A stretch of DNA of 64,000 bases from Eledone cirrhosa (Eukaryota). The notes beneath the pieces are model-generated. The model was not told where the DNA came from. It saw only the letters and a program-made list of their open reading frames with translations, and ran no database searches. A program made the translations under genes and the position numbers. Position 1 is the first letter of the stretch. Each line of letters begins with the position of its first letter. Where the stretch lies: positions 6,448,001 to 6,512,000 of the forward strand of contig OZ024741.1 in NCBI GenBank assembly GCA_964016885.1, read 5' to 3'. Positions 49,621 to 61,700 of the stretch are shown one piece after another.

Positions 49621-50403
49621 TTTGTGTTCATATTTTCATTCTGAAAGAATTGTGAATAATTTGTAATGTTATTTATGTATATATTTAAAGCAATCTACCA
49701 TATTTAATTTAGTAAAACTTTATTAAAGGGACGTAATTCTTTCCTTCTCGTGTGTGTACTATTGTATTGGTTAACGCAAGTTCAGGTTTGTGTTGCTTGT
49801 ATTTCTCTTTATATATCTTTAAATGGCTTTATGGAACCAATTGCTTTGTTGTTGTTATTTTACAACTATATATATTTGGTCCTTGGGCATTTTGTTTTAA
49901 ATTCGTTACCTTATTACTGACTCGGCAGATCTATTTAAAATTGAAAATAAGAAGACATACAAAATATTTTCATAATTACGTCCCTTTATTCAAACTTTAC
50001 TAAAATGTTAGATACTCTTGGGTCCCAAATTATGTGAGGAAGGATAAGTGGGTGGGGGTTAGAATAAGAGGGGTGGACTTGGGTGGAATAAGCGAGCATG
50101 GGGTTGGAAAAACCTGGGGGTCAGGTTGGAATAAACCGGGTGGGGTGGAAAATTCGGTGATTTTTCTAGGCTGTCTGTTGATATTTTTGTAAAAAACAGA
50201 ATTAATCATTTAGTTTACTTATTGAGACCCCAAACCACCCTATTTTATAACATTCGGGTTTTCTAGTAATATATAATGTTTTTGACTGTATCAAGAAAAT
50301 TAATTGTTGCAGGAATGCTACAGCTTAAAATAAAATTTCACTGGAGAAAGATTGGGCGATTCTTTGAAACCCAAAAGTATAAAGAAATTTTATTGAAGGA
50401 AGC

Positions 50404-52979
50404 CAGAGTAGAAGCTGAAGGAGTGAGAATCTCAAAACTCTGAGTGTCTGTGTGACTGTCTGTCTGTCTGTGGACGGAAGTAGACGTGTATTAACAAGCT
50501 CTGTGTTTTACATTGGTTTTACCTTGTCAAGAGTGAGTTTTTGGATTTATTTTTCTATTGTGATATACTTTAACCCCTCGTTTGGGCCTGCAGACGTTGG
50601 GGTTATTATTATTTTCGCCCCTTTTTGGGGGTGAAAGTTTTATTCTTACAATTTTGTGAACTCACCTTGTAGCAATGGACGGCATTAATACCATAGTGCC
50701 ACGCTCCCCAAAGAAAAAAAAAATCTTCGAGGAAAAATGAAAGCACAAAGTGCCCAGCTCCCCCCCCCCCTTCCTTTAACGGAAAACGTTAATAAGGAAC
50801 AACAAACAACAACCGAAAAGACAAAAATTGGAAATAATACCAGCAACGGAAAAATTATCGATACCAATACAAACACCAAAGTGAACAGCGACAACAACAA
50901 CAATAACAAAAAAGACAACAAAATTTCCTTTGCGGAAACTGTAAAAAAAACACAAGTGTTCCTACCTTTGGATTTAACCAACGCAAAGCAAAAGTTGGAA
51001 GAAGCAAAAAGGTATGTGACTTTCGAACCCGATTGTTCATTCAGCATTAATTCCCCAGAAGAAATAAAAAGAGAAATTGCCACAAGCACGGTGGTGTTCA
51101 GGACAATCTCGAATGCTACAAAAAACCCAGTACACCCGTCTCAGAGTGAGATAGAGCTGGTTTTAAGGAACCAAATGGAAAGCATTTTGTTCATTCAAAA
51201 AGAAAAACTCTTCGGTAGCATCTCGGTGCTTATGAAGGATCAAGAAACGGCGCAAAAACATTCTATTGCGTCTATTGTGTCCACCCACTTCACCTTTTTC
51301 CCGTCTTACATGGGGAGAAGGTCTCAAAAAATAAAATTCCACTGCATAAGACCCAAAGTAGACACTTGGTGGCTACTTTGTGGCGTTTTAGACATTGACC
51401 AAGACATTATAATCTCAGGTGATAAATCCCCCAGAGAGGTCTTTAGTGGGACCAGCGTAGAACTTCTGGTGCAGATGAGCCCAGAAAGGATAGCGAAGAT
51501 CCCACAGAGAATTCATTTAGATGGAGAGACCTACATAAATATTTCAGTTGAGGGTAGGCGACCTGCATGTTACCACTGCGCAAGCAGAGGTCACCTGAGG
51601 GCTGCATGCCCTCAACTGATAAAAAAGAAACCATTATTACAAACACCACAAACAATAACACCACCACAACAACAACATCAACAACAACAGCTCAAGAAAA
51701 CAACCCAAAACACGGTCCCACCCAGCCCCTCCCCTCAGAACACAAATACAAAAACACACGCAGTGCAAACACAACCTGGTAATATCCCCCTCCCCTCAAA
51801 TACGGAGGAGGAGCTTATATCCTCGGAAGACGAGGGGGCTCCCTTCCAAAAAGAAAAAAATGTACACACACCACACAAACAAAAATAACCTCACCTGACA
51901 ACAGAACACATACAATAAAACGCAAGCACACTCAAGAATAACAAACAAAAACAAACACAACAACACAAAAACTCTACACATACATAAACAAAAACAATAA
52001 AAACTTAGTAGACAAAATAAACAATAACCCTTCGGTACAAACCGAAGGGCCGAATTTTACAATGGCAATGGGACTCACTAACCTGAAAATCGTGAAGGTC
52101 CCACTTGACATTTTTAAAACATTGAAAAACATTTACCCTGAGGACGTGGGGCCACCCTGCACCAGGCCACACAACCGCGTCCTCCTGAAAGGTTTTCCCC
52201 TCCCCTCCTCAAACACCCCAACCTCTCCACACACTAATACCCCCACACCACCACACCCCACCCAACAACCCCTCCACCACCCCCATGGAAATTGAACAGC
52301 CCGGACCCCGGGACGCAGAGAGGTAAGTGCCTCTCTCTTTACCACCAACATGGCTGTGTTAAGAGTAGGTTGTCTAAAAGCGCGTGGCCTGGGCTCACCT
52401 TGGAAGCAAGCTAAACTTCTAAATGACCTCAGGTGACGATGTATAAATGTGATGGTTATTTGCGAGGCCCGGATCAGCAACGTGCGACAACTGGCACCCA
52501 CCTTTGATGACTTTGAGATGCACGCATCTCTCTGTCAGCCCGGAGGTGGGGGTGGGGTTGTCGGTCTGCTGCAAAAACATCTGGGTCTCGCTACACAGAT
52601 GGCACACTTGGACCCGGAGGGTCGACTAGTGGTTCTGGACCTTGGCAGTGGTGAAGGCAAAGCTTTTAGGCTGGTCGCCGTTTACGTCCCTTTTGGGGCA
52701 ATGCGGCCGGACTTCTTCCATCGTCTGGAGACTTTTCTAGGGATGTCCCGCTCCTTGCTTTTAGTGGGGGACTGAAATAGTATCCTAGATGCACATTGGG
52801 ACTATGTAGAGGCATGTCCCAATAGAGGGGGGTGTAACAACCTCAAAGGGTTAATTGGCCGATTTGACCTGGCCGATAGATATCGACTAGATTTTCCGAC
52901 TGTGCCAACCTGAACTTGGACAAACCACAGCGGTCAATCTAGATCGTACCTAGATAGGTTCTTAGTTAGAATTAAAGAT
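50404..52979 (+). mobile_element. Tx1/L1-clade element A, 5' half (5' UTR, ORF1, start of ORF2 APE domain); 5' boundary approximate
   Basis: ORF1 has the CYHCASRGHLRAAC zinc knuckle. ORF2 ATG at 52350 (MAVLRVGCLKARGL...ICE...LLLVGD*N...SRSYLDRFLVRIKD), with stops. Confidence 0.9.
50737..51888 (+). CDS. ORF1 gag-like protein of Tx1 element A (disrupted C-terminus continues to ~52295)
   Basis: CX2CX4HX4C knuckle. Homologous to 56960-58081 (FPSYMG, INISVEGRRP motifs). Confidence 0.85.
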   Translation: MKAQSAQLPPPLPLTENVNKEQQTTTEKTKIGNNTSNGKIIDTNTNTKVNSDNNNNNKKDNKISFAETVKKTQVFLPLDLTNAKQKLEEAKRYVTFEPDCSFSINSPEEIKREIATSTVVFRTISNATKNPVHPSQSEIELVLRNQMESILFIQKEKLFGSISVLMKDQETAQKHSIASIVSTHFTFFPSYMGRRSQKIKFHCIRPKVDTWWLLCGVLDIDQDIIISGDKSPREVFSGTSVELLVQMSPERIAKIPQRIHLDGETYINISVEGRRPACYHCASRGHLRAACPQLIKKKPLLQTPQTITPPQQQHQQQQLKKTTQNTVPPSPSPQNTNTKTHAVQTQPGNIPLPSNTEEELISSEDEGAPFQKEKNVHTPHKQK

Positions 52980-53199
52980 ATATTTCTTTATTTACCATAA
53001 AGGCATAAAAAGAAGGGACAAATACAAAGGGGGGGTTTACATACAATCGAGTAAAAAGGGTATAAAATGAAAATAATCGAAAATAACCTCAAAAGGGAGG
53101 GGACGTGATGGGGGTTGCACACACCCCCGAAAAAGTGTGCAATCCTTTGCCCGGGGAGCACATGGAGAAGGTGCTTCCTTCTCCTTTACTTCTTTACCT

Positions 53200-56100
53200 A
53201 CAGGATGGTATACAGAGAAGGCCCATTTACACGAGCCATTTTCACCACTATCACCCACCTTTCATAAAACTGCCTGTGGCCAAGCACCTCTCTCTCCATT
53301 CTTATCCTTCTTCCGAAGTGATATCGGAAGAAGTAGACCAGACTATGGCCAGAGAGGAAGTTGCCTGACCACAGACCTTTCAATCGTGTCCACCAAACAA
53401 CCTCTTTCAGCACAGAAAAACCGCCTTTGTGAAGAGGGGAGGCGGTTTGATTGTCATCACGGACTCGGCGGTCAATTGAATCGGCGCCACCCGCGACAGC
53501 AGTCGTTCGGCGTAGCCCCACAGATCAGCCACGCCCGGACATTGCACCAATGCGTGCGCAACGGTTTCTTCGTGACGCACGCATCTAGGGCAAATCTTTT
53601 TTGAGGGATCCCTGCCCGGGCGCCCGTGTCTGTAGAGCCTCTCTCGAACGGGTAGAGCCCCCCGGTAGCACTGCCAGGCTAGTGACTTCTGGAAGTTGTC
53701 CATTGGTCCCGGGCCGAAAGTCCTACCGAACAGGCTGGCCAGTTCGTCCTCTTCCATGTCCAGCGACTCTCCAAGGGTGTCATCACCCCTGCTAGCGACC
53801 AGCCCTCTATAGAATTGTGAGGTGGATTCTCCACCGACGGCCTGGCCCGCTTGCCAGAGAGCCCTTAGCGCCTGAGCACACTCAGTGTGCCAGTCTCCCA
53901 GTTTTCCGGATCTTTGCTTGACTCAGGACTGCAGCTCGGTGAGCGAGACGAGTCTCAGAAAGGCTCGTTTCACGAACGGAGCCCACACCGGTTGACCAGT
54001 GAGGAATACCTGTAGGTGCCGTAGCCTTAATGCGTGCCTACGCATCATCAACCACGGCATCCCCAGCCCTCCTTTCGAAGGTTGTTGGCAGCAGATGGAT
54101 CTTCTCACCATAGGAGGGCGCTTCTTCCAAAGAAATTAGAAGAGCATGCGTTCCATGGTGGTGAGTGTTTCCTTAGGGCAAGGCACGACAGTCAGGCGGT
54201 AGTAAGTGACGGACGCTATGTAACTGTTCGCCACCTCCGCCCTTTTAGGGACAGCTTACACTTGGCCCATTTCTGGGTTAGTGCAAACACCTTGTTCGTA
54301 ACCTCGTTCCAGTTCTTTTCCACCTGGAGGTCCGGTCCAAACCAGACCCCAAGCAACTTTACCGGGCCCTCCGTCCAGTGTCCGACGACACCGACGGGAG
54401 GCATCGGTCTGCCTCTCCACGTTCCGAGTTGCAGCCCGATGGATTTTTCCCGGTTCAGTTTCGCTCCTGACAACCTTTCGTAATCCTCCAGTAAGGTACC
54501 GATCGCCTCGATCTCCGAGTCGGTCGATACCATTACTGTTACGTCATCGGCGTAGGCCGACACCGCTTTGCTCAATCCTGGTTCCAGGGGGATACCCTGC
54601 AACAACTCCAACTTCCTCAGTAAAGGCTCGAGAGTCAATACGTACAGAAGGGAGGAGAGAGTGCACCCCTGTCGAATGGATCGTGTGATTTCGAACGGCT
54701 TCGAAAGGTAGCCGTTCACCTTGATCCTAGAACAGATGTGGTTGCTATGTAAGGCAGTGATCCAGCCTCTGAAAACAGGACCGAACCCAGCCGCCGCTAG
54801 CACCGCATCCAGGTAACCATGGTCGACCCTATCGAAGGCCTTAGACTGATCCAAGTTGATCAGGGCCCCACCGAAGCCGGGTTTGTTGCCAACCCTCTCT
54901 ATGATGTATCGCATGAGGTGGAGGTTATCGTGAATGGACCTGGATGGGATAGCACATGTCTGCGCATCTCCCACCAGGCCACCCACGACAAGCGCCAACC
55001 TCTTTGCTAACACCTTGGCCAAAATCTTTAACTCTGTGTTTAGCAGGGTTATGGGCCGAAAATTATTTATACTATCTCCCTTGTTCTCGTCCTTCCTCAC
55101 CAGCGTGACTACGCCCTTGGCTACAGAACAAGGAATTCTCCCGTTCTGCTGCCAATTGCAGTAGACCGCTTCGAGGAGTTCGGAGAAGAAGACCGGCATT
55201 GCTAAATAAAGTTCGTAAGGTATACCATCGAGACCTGGAGATTTGCGTCTGCTGCATTGGCTCAGCGCATCTCCGATCTCATCAGCCGAGATTGGTCCCT
55301 CGCAGGACTCTGCCTCTTCGCTCGAGAGACGCGGCAGGCCGTCGAGGTATGGACCGAAATCCACGCCCCCGCCCGGACCCTCGCCTCCCCCGAACAATCG
55401 GGCAAAGTGCCTTTGAAAGGCCTCGCACATCTGCTTAGGCTCCCGGATCACCCGTCCATCTTCGTCTTGCAACGACCGGATGGTGGATCGATTTCCACTC
55501 TTAGCTTCTGTCACGCGGGCCCAGCCAACGGCTTTGGCCCCCTCATTACCTAGAGCACGTATTTTACTTCGAATGACGCAGCCTTCGTGCTTTGCATCGA
55601 AAAACTGGTTCAAGGCCGTCCTCGATGCCAGCACTCTGGCCACATCTTCGCTCTTGATTGCCTTTTCTAATTTACCTGTTAATTCTTTCTCGTTTCTATT
55701 CCTATCGGCAGCTAACATCTTGCTATAACTTATTGATTCTGTTCTAATCTCTCTTTTGAGAGATGCCCACCATCGGTTGTTGACGATTGCACCCGTTAAT
55801 TAATCTGCTAATCCGGTTTCTGTAAGTCTCTTTTGCCGGTAAAGACAAATTAAGTTTCCAGTGAACCGGGACCCTGTTTATGTGTTTTCTCGAGATTGAC
55901 TACGCAGGTCACTAATTTGTGATCCGTGTAGCCAACCGTGCGCATTTCTGGACAGCTTAATATGTCCCTATCCTTACTTCTAACTAAGAATCTATCTAAG
56001 TACGATCTAGATTGACCACTGTGGTTTCTCCAAGTCCAGGTAGGCACAGTTGGAAAATCTAGTCGATATCTATCGACCAAGTTAAAACGGTCGAGTAACC

Positions 56101-56599
56101 CCTTGAGGCTGTTACACCCCCCTCTATTAGGACATGCTCCTGCATAGTCCCAACGTGCATCTAGGATGTCATTCCAATCACCCGCTAGAAGCAGGGAACG
56201 CGACGTTCCCAGAAAAGTCTCCAAACGCTGGAAGAAGTCGGGCCGTTCAGCTCCGAAAGGGGAGTAGACGGCGACCAGTCTCAAGGCCGCACCTTCACTA
56301 CTGCCACCGTCTAGCACCAACAAACGACCCTCCGGGTCCGAGTGCACAACCTGTACGGCAAGACCCAGGTGTTTTTGCAGCAGTACGACAACCCCACCCC
56401 CACCTCCAGGTTGACAGAGAGATGCATGCACCTCAAAGTCATCGAAGGTAGGGGCCAGCTGCCGCACGACGCTGATTCGAGTCTCACAGATAACCATTAC
56501 ATTTATACCACATGACCTGAGGTCATTTAGAAGCCTTGCTTGCTTCCAAGTTGAGCCCAGGCCACGTGCATTCAAACATCCTACTCTTAACACATCCAT
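53200..56599 (-). pseudogene. ORF2 of element B: APE endonuclease, reverse transcriptase, C-terminal zinc finger
   Basis: NARGL, GDWN, TDH; KSPGLDG, FRPITLLN, KAFDRVDH, IRQGC, AYADD; CPRC..EETVAHALVQC. Confidence 0.95.
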
Positions 56600-56959
56600 G
56601 TGGGCGGCAGAGCCAAAGGAGAGTGTAGAGACCTACCTTTCCGCTTCCCGGGGTTCGGGTCGCACGACTTCCATGGGGTCGGGGGTGTTGGGTGAAGGGG
56701 TGTCTTGTGGTGGTGTGGGGTCGTCAGTGTGTGGTGGGGTTGGGGTGTTTGGAGTTGTGTTGGGGAGAGGGAAAGCTTTTTAGTAGGACGCGGTTTATGG
56801 GTTTGACAGAGGGTGGTCCTACGTCCTCCTTAAAATCCTTTTTTAGTTTTTGGTAGAGGTTCATTGGGATCTTTATTAATTTTAAATGTGGGTAGTTTTC
56901 TGAAGAAACAAAGTTTACACCTTCGGTTTGTACCGAAGGATTATTGTATATGAGTTCAT

Positions 56960-58555
56960 TTAATTTATTATTGTTTCTGTTGATGTAAGTATAGTGTAAT
57001 GTTTTTTTTCGGATGGTGTGAGTGTTTCGAAGAGGGGAGGGGCAGGTTTGGTTTTGTTTGTTGCTGGAGGGGTGTTTTCTGTTTTGTTGGATTGTGTTGA
57101 GATTTGGGTGGGGGTTGTTTGGCCTTGTGTGTTTTGCACATGTTTTCTTTTTTTCCTTTTAATCTGTCTGAAGGACTCCGTTTCTTCCTCCGAATTCGTT
57201 GGGTTATCTTCAGTGTTGGAGGGAAGAGGTATGTTTGCTGGTAATGTTTCCGTGTTGGTTTTCTTTGTGGGGGAGATGGATGTCACTATGTTAGACTGTG
57301 TTGTGTGTTGTGTCTGCGGTGGTTGTGTTGTTTTATTGAGTGAGGGGTTGGGTGGGCCTGTATTTTGTTTTTGGGTAATGTGTTGTGACTGTTTGTGTTG
57401 TGGTGGTGGTGTAGTTTTACTGAGGGACGGGTTGGGTGGGACTGAGTTTTGTTGTTTGTTTATCTGTTGTGGTGGTGGTGGAGCTGGTGTTGGTAGCAGG
57501 GTTTTCTTTTTATTGAGTTGGGGACAAGCGGCCTTCAGGTGCCCTCTGCCTGCACAGATATGACAGGACGGCCTCCTCCCCTCCACGCTAATGTTTATAT
57601 ACCCGTGGCCCTCTAATAGGATTCTGTCGGGTATTTGGGCGATGCGTTCAGGCTTCATTTGCACTACCAGCTCTATACCTGTTCCACTGAACGCATTGCC
57701 TGTGGTTTTCCCAATGGAAATCACGTTGTCATTCACTGGATCGATGAAGCCAGCTATGAGCCAGCAGTAGTCCACATCTGGCATCATTGCATCCAGCCAT
57801 ATGCGTTGAGTTCTTTTACCCATATAAGATGGATAAAAGGTAAAATTTTTCGAACGAATCGGTGACAAAGCACATTTTTTTGCCGCCGATTCGTTCTTCA
57901 TAATAATTGCTAGGCTTCCATACAGTCTGTCTTTTCTTATGAAAGTGGTTTCATTAAGTACTTCTGTGAGTACTGTTTTGATATCTACCTGAGTTGGCTG
58001 TTCAGGTTTTTTTGAAGTGTTGTTGATGGTGCGGAACACGACCGTTCGACTTTCAATGTCTTTGGTGAGTTCTTGAGGCATTTTTACCTATAAAATACCA
58101 TTCTCTCCTTCACTTATGTATTGTTTGGCGTCTGTGATTCTTTGTGCCACATCTGAAATATTTTCAGGTATATATGTCAAAGATTTCTTTGTTGTTTGTG
58201 CAAATGAAATCTTGTTGACTCTGTCGTCTGCTTTGCTTTCTGTTATGGTGTTATTTTCAAATGTTATTTTTGTGTTTGTTGTGTCTTTGTTTGTGGTATT
58301 AGTATTGTCATGCAATTTTTCAAATTTTTTTTTTTCGTTGTTGGAATTCATGTCCAGATTTGTGTTTTCGTCATTTTTCTCCGCAGATTCGTCTGTTTTT
58401 ATTTTATTTTTTCCTTCCTTCTCTATGACGTCAGTTGGGAAGGAAGGGGGGACTAAAGCGTGCGAGCTTACAACTCTTACCGCTGTCCCCCCACCACTAT
58501 TTTCGTTCGCTTCGTTTAACATTTCTGTCAGACGATTGAAATTTTTTTGCCACAA
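56960..58555 (-). pseudogene. ORF1 of element B (frameshift near 58085; C-terminal part continues to ~56670)
   Basis: CHICAGRGHLKAAC knuckle. Homology to ORF1 of element A. Confidence 0.88.
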
Positions 58556-58772
58556 AATTTTTTAAAACAGGTTATTCACCTCTAGGAGGGGCAAAGATGA
58601 GCTGACCCACCGCCTGACAGTTCAGACGGGGGATCAAGCTACACAATAGTATCAAAATTAAATTTGAACTCACAAAATTTCCGCAATAAATTTGAACAAA
58701 ACTTCTGCGCGAAGTGAATTACATCCACACTGTAGAACAGACGACAGCTAGATTATAGTTAGAATTAAAGAT

Positions 58773-61700
58773 ATGTTTCTTTTATTTGCCACCAGGGCAT
58801 CAAAAGTGGGACAAGTACAATGGGGGGAGTTTACAAAACAAGGCGTCCTCAATAGGGAGGAGGCAATAACAATATATAAAAATAAAATAAAATATAACAA
58901 AAAATAGAATTATAACAAAATCCTCAATAGAGGATTTTGTTATAAAATATAACAAAAAATAAAATTTATAACAAAATCCTCAATAGAGAGGAGGCGCCTT
59001 GGGGGGGTCGCACACACCCCCGAAAAAAGTGTGCAACCCTTTTCCTCAGGAGCACAGAGAGGGGGTGCTCCCTCGTTCCTTCCTCTTTTCCACCTACAGG
59101 CTTATGTAAAGAGAAGGCCCATTCACACGGGCCATTCTCGCCACTTTCACCCACCTTTCATAAAAACGACTGGGGTGGAGCACCTCTCTCTCCATCCTGA
59201 TCCTTCTTCCGAAATGATATCGGAAGAAACGGACCAGTTGTTGGCCAGAGAGAAAGGTGCCTGACCTCAGTCCTTTCAGACGCGTCCACCATACAACTTC
59301 TTTCACCATGGCTATTACGCACAGAAACACCGCCTCTCCTTCATCTTTGAAGGGGGAGGCGGCTTGATTATTACAATAGACTCGGTGGTCAACCGAATCG
59401 GTCCCACCCTTGACAGCAGTTGTTCGACATAGCCCCACAGATCGGCTACGCCCGAGCAGTGTACCAATGCGTGTGCAACGGTTTCCTCGTCGCACACGCA
59501 TCTGGGACAGATCTTTTTGGCGGGGTCCCTACCCGGGCGCCCGTGTCTGTAGAGCTTTTCTCGAACGGGTAGAGCCCCTCAGTAGCACTGCCAGGCCAGG
59601 GACTTCTGGAAGTTGTCCATAGGTCCTGGGCTGAATGTCCTACCGAACAGGCTGGCCAGTTCGTCCTCCTCCATGTCTAGGGCTTCTCCGAGGGCGTCGT
59701 CGCACCTGCTGCGTACCAGCCCTCTATAGAATGTTGCGGTGGAGTCTCCACTGATAACCGGATCCGCCTGCCAGAGGGCGGTGAGCGCCTGGGCACACTC
59801 AGTGTGCCAGGCGCCCAGTTTTCTCGGTCTTTGCTTGACCCAGGATTGCAGCTCGGTGAGTGAGACGAGTCTGGGAAAGGTTCGTCTCACAAACGAGGCC
59901 CACACCGGTTGACCGGTGAGGAATACGTAGAGGTGCCGTAGCCTTAATGCGTGTTTACGCATCATTAGCCACGGCATCCCCAGCCCTCCTTTCGAAGGGT
60001 GTTGACAGCAGATGGATCTCCTCACCATAGGAGCCCGCCTCTTCCAAAGGAATTGGAAGAGCGCGCGCTCCATCTTGGTGAGGGTTTCCCTTGGGCAGGG
60101 CACTACGGTCAGGCGGTAGTAGATGACGGACGCTATATAGGTGTTCGCCACCTCCGCCCGACCTTTCAGGGATAGTTTGCAACTGGCCCACTTCTGGGTC
60201 AGTGCAAACACCCTGTTCGTAACCTCCGCCCAGTTTTTCTCCACCTGGAGGTCCGGTCCGAACCAGACCCCGAGCAACTTCACCGGGCCCTCCGTCCAGC
60301 GTCCGACGACGCCATCGGAGGGCATCGGTCTGCCCCTCCACGTGCCGAGTTGCAAACCGATCGACTTGTCCCGGTTTAGCTTAGCCCCTGTGAACCTTTC
60401 GTACTCCTCCAGTAAGGTGTCGACCGCCTCGATTTCGGAGGCCGTCGACACCATTACTGTCACGTCATCGGCGTAGGCCGACACCGCTTTCTGCAATCCC
60501 CGTTCCAAAGGGATGCCCTGCAACAACTCCAACTTCCGCAGTAGTGGCTCGAGAGTCAACACATACAGAAGGGAGGAGAGAGGGCACCCTTGTCCGATGG
60601 ACCGCGCGATTTTGAACGGCTCCGAGAGGTAGCCGTTCACCTTGACCCTAGAGCAGATGCGGCTGCTGTGCATAGCAGTGATCCAGCCCCTGAAAACGGG
60701 TCCGAAGCCTGCCGCCGCTAGCACTGCATCCAGGTAACCATGGTCGACCCTATCGAACGCCTTAGATTGATCCAAGTTGATCAGCGCCCCACCAAAGCCG
60801 GGTTCGTTCCCAACCCTCTCTATGATGTATCGCATGAGGTGGAGGTTGTCATGGATGGACCTGGACGGGATAGCGCATGTCTGCGCATCTCCCACCAGGT
60901 TGCCCACGACAAGCGCCAACCTCTTTGCTAGCACCTTGGCCAAAATCTGTAACTCTGTATTTAGCAGAGTTATGGGCCTGAAGTTACTTATTTCGTCCCC
61001 CTTGTTCTCGTCCTTCCTCACTAGCGTGACTACGCCCTTGGTCACAGTACAGGGAATTCTCCCGTTCTGTTGCCAGTTGCAGTAGACCGCCTCGAGGAGA
61101 TCGGGGAACAAGTCCGGCATAGCTAGATATAATTCGTAAGGAAGACCATCGAGACCCGGGGATTTGCGTTTGCTGCATTGGCCCAGCACGTCCTCTATCT
61201 CAGCGGCCGAAATCGGCTCCTCGCAGGACTTCGCCTCCCTGTCAGAGAGACGCGGCAGGCCGTCGAGGTATGGACCGAAGTCCACATTCCCAACCGGCTC
61301 CCCGCCCCTCCCGAACAGTCGGGCAAAGTGCCTTTGAAAGGCCTCACACATCTGCTTAGGCTCAAGAATCGCCCGTCCATCCAGGTCTCGTAAAGACCGG
61401 ATAGTGGATTTAGTTCCACTGTTGGCCTCTGTCACGCGGGCCCAGCTAACAGCTTTGGTCCCCTCGTTCCCTAGAGCACGTATTTTACTTCGGACAACGC
61501 AGCCTTCGTGCTTCGCGTCGAAAAACTGGCTCAAAGCCGTTCTCGACGCTAGCACTCTGGCCACGTCGCCGCTTCTAATTGCCTCTTCTACTCTATCTAT
61601 TAGCTCCCTTTCCTTCCTATTCCTATCCGCAGCTAGAACCTTACTAAATTCTATCGAGACTACTCTAATCTCTCTCTTTAGAGATACCCACCACCTACTG

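Larger units (their letters stand above)
52980..58755 (-). mobile_element. Tx1/L1-clade element B, full length (~5.8 kb), flanked by the 17-bp direct repeat TAGTTAGAATTAAAGAT
   Basis: ORF1 (58555-56960, frameshifted), ORF2 APE-RT-zinc finger (56599-~53200, frameshifted), 3' UTR with AATAAA. Direct repeat at 52963-52979 and 58756-58772. Confidence 0.93.

Noticed and set aside
39790-50357. One ~10.5-kb element bounded by inverted repeats (39790-40030 / 50140-50357)
   Set aside because: The two copies are too diverged, no TSD or transposase was seen, and independent copies of a dispersed repeat explain it more simply.
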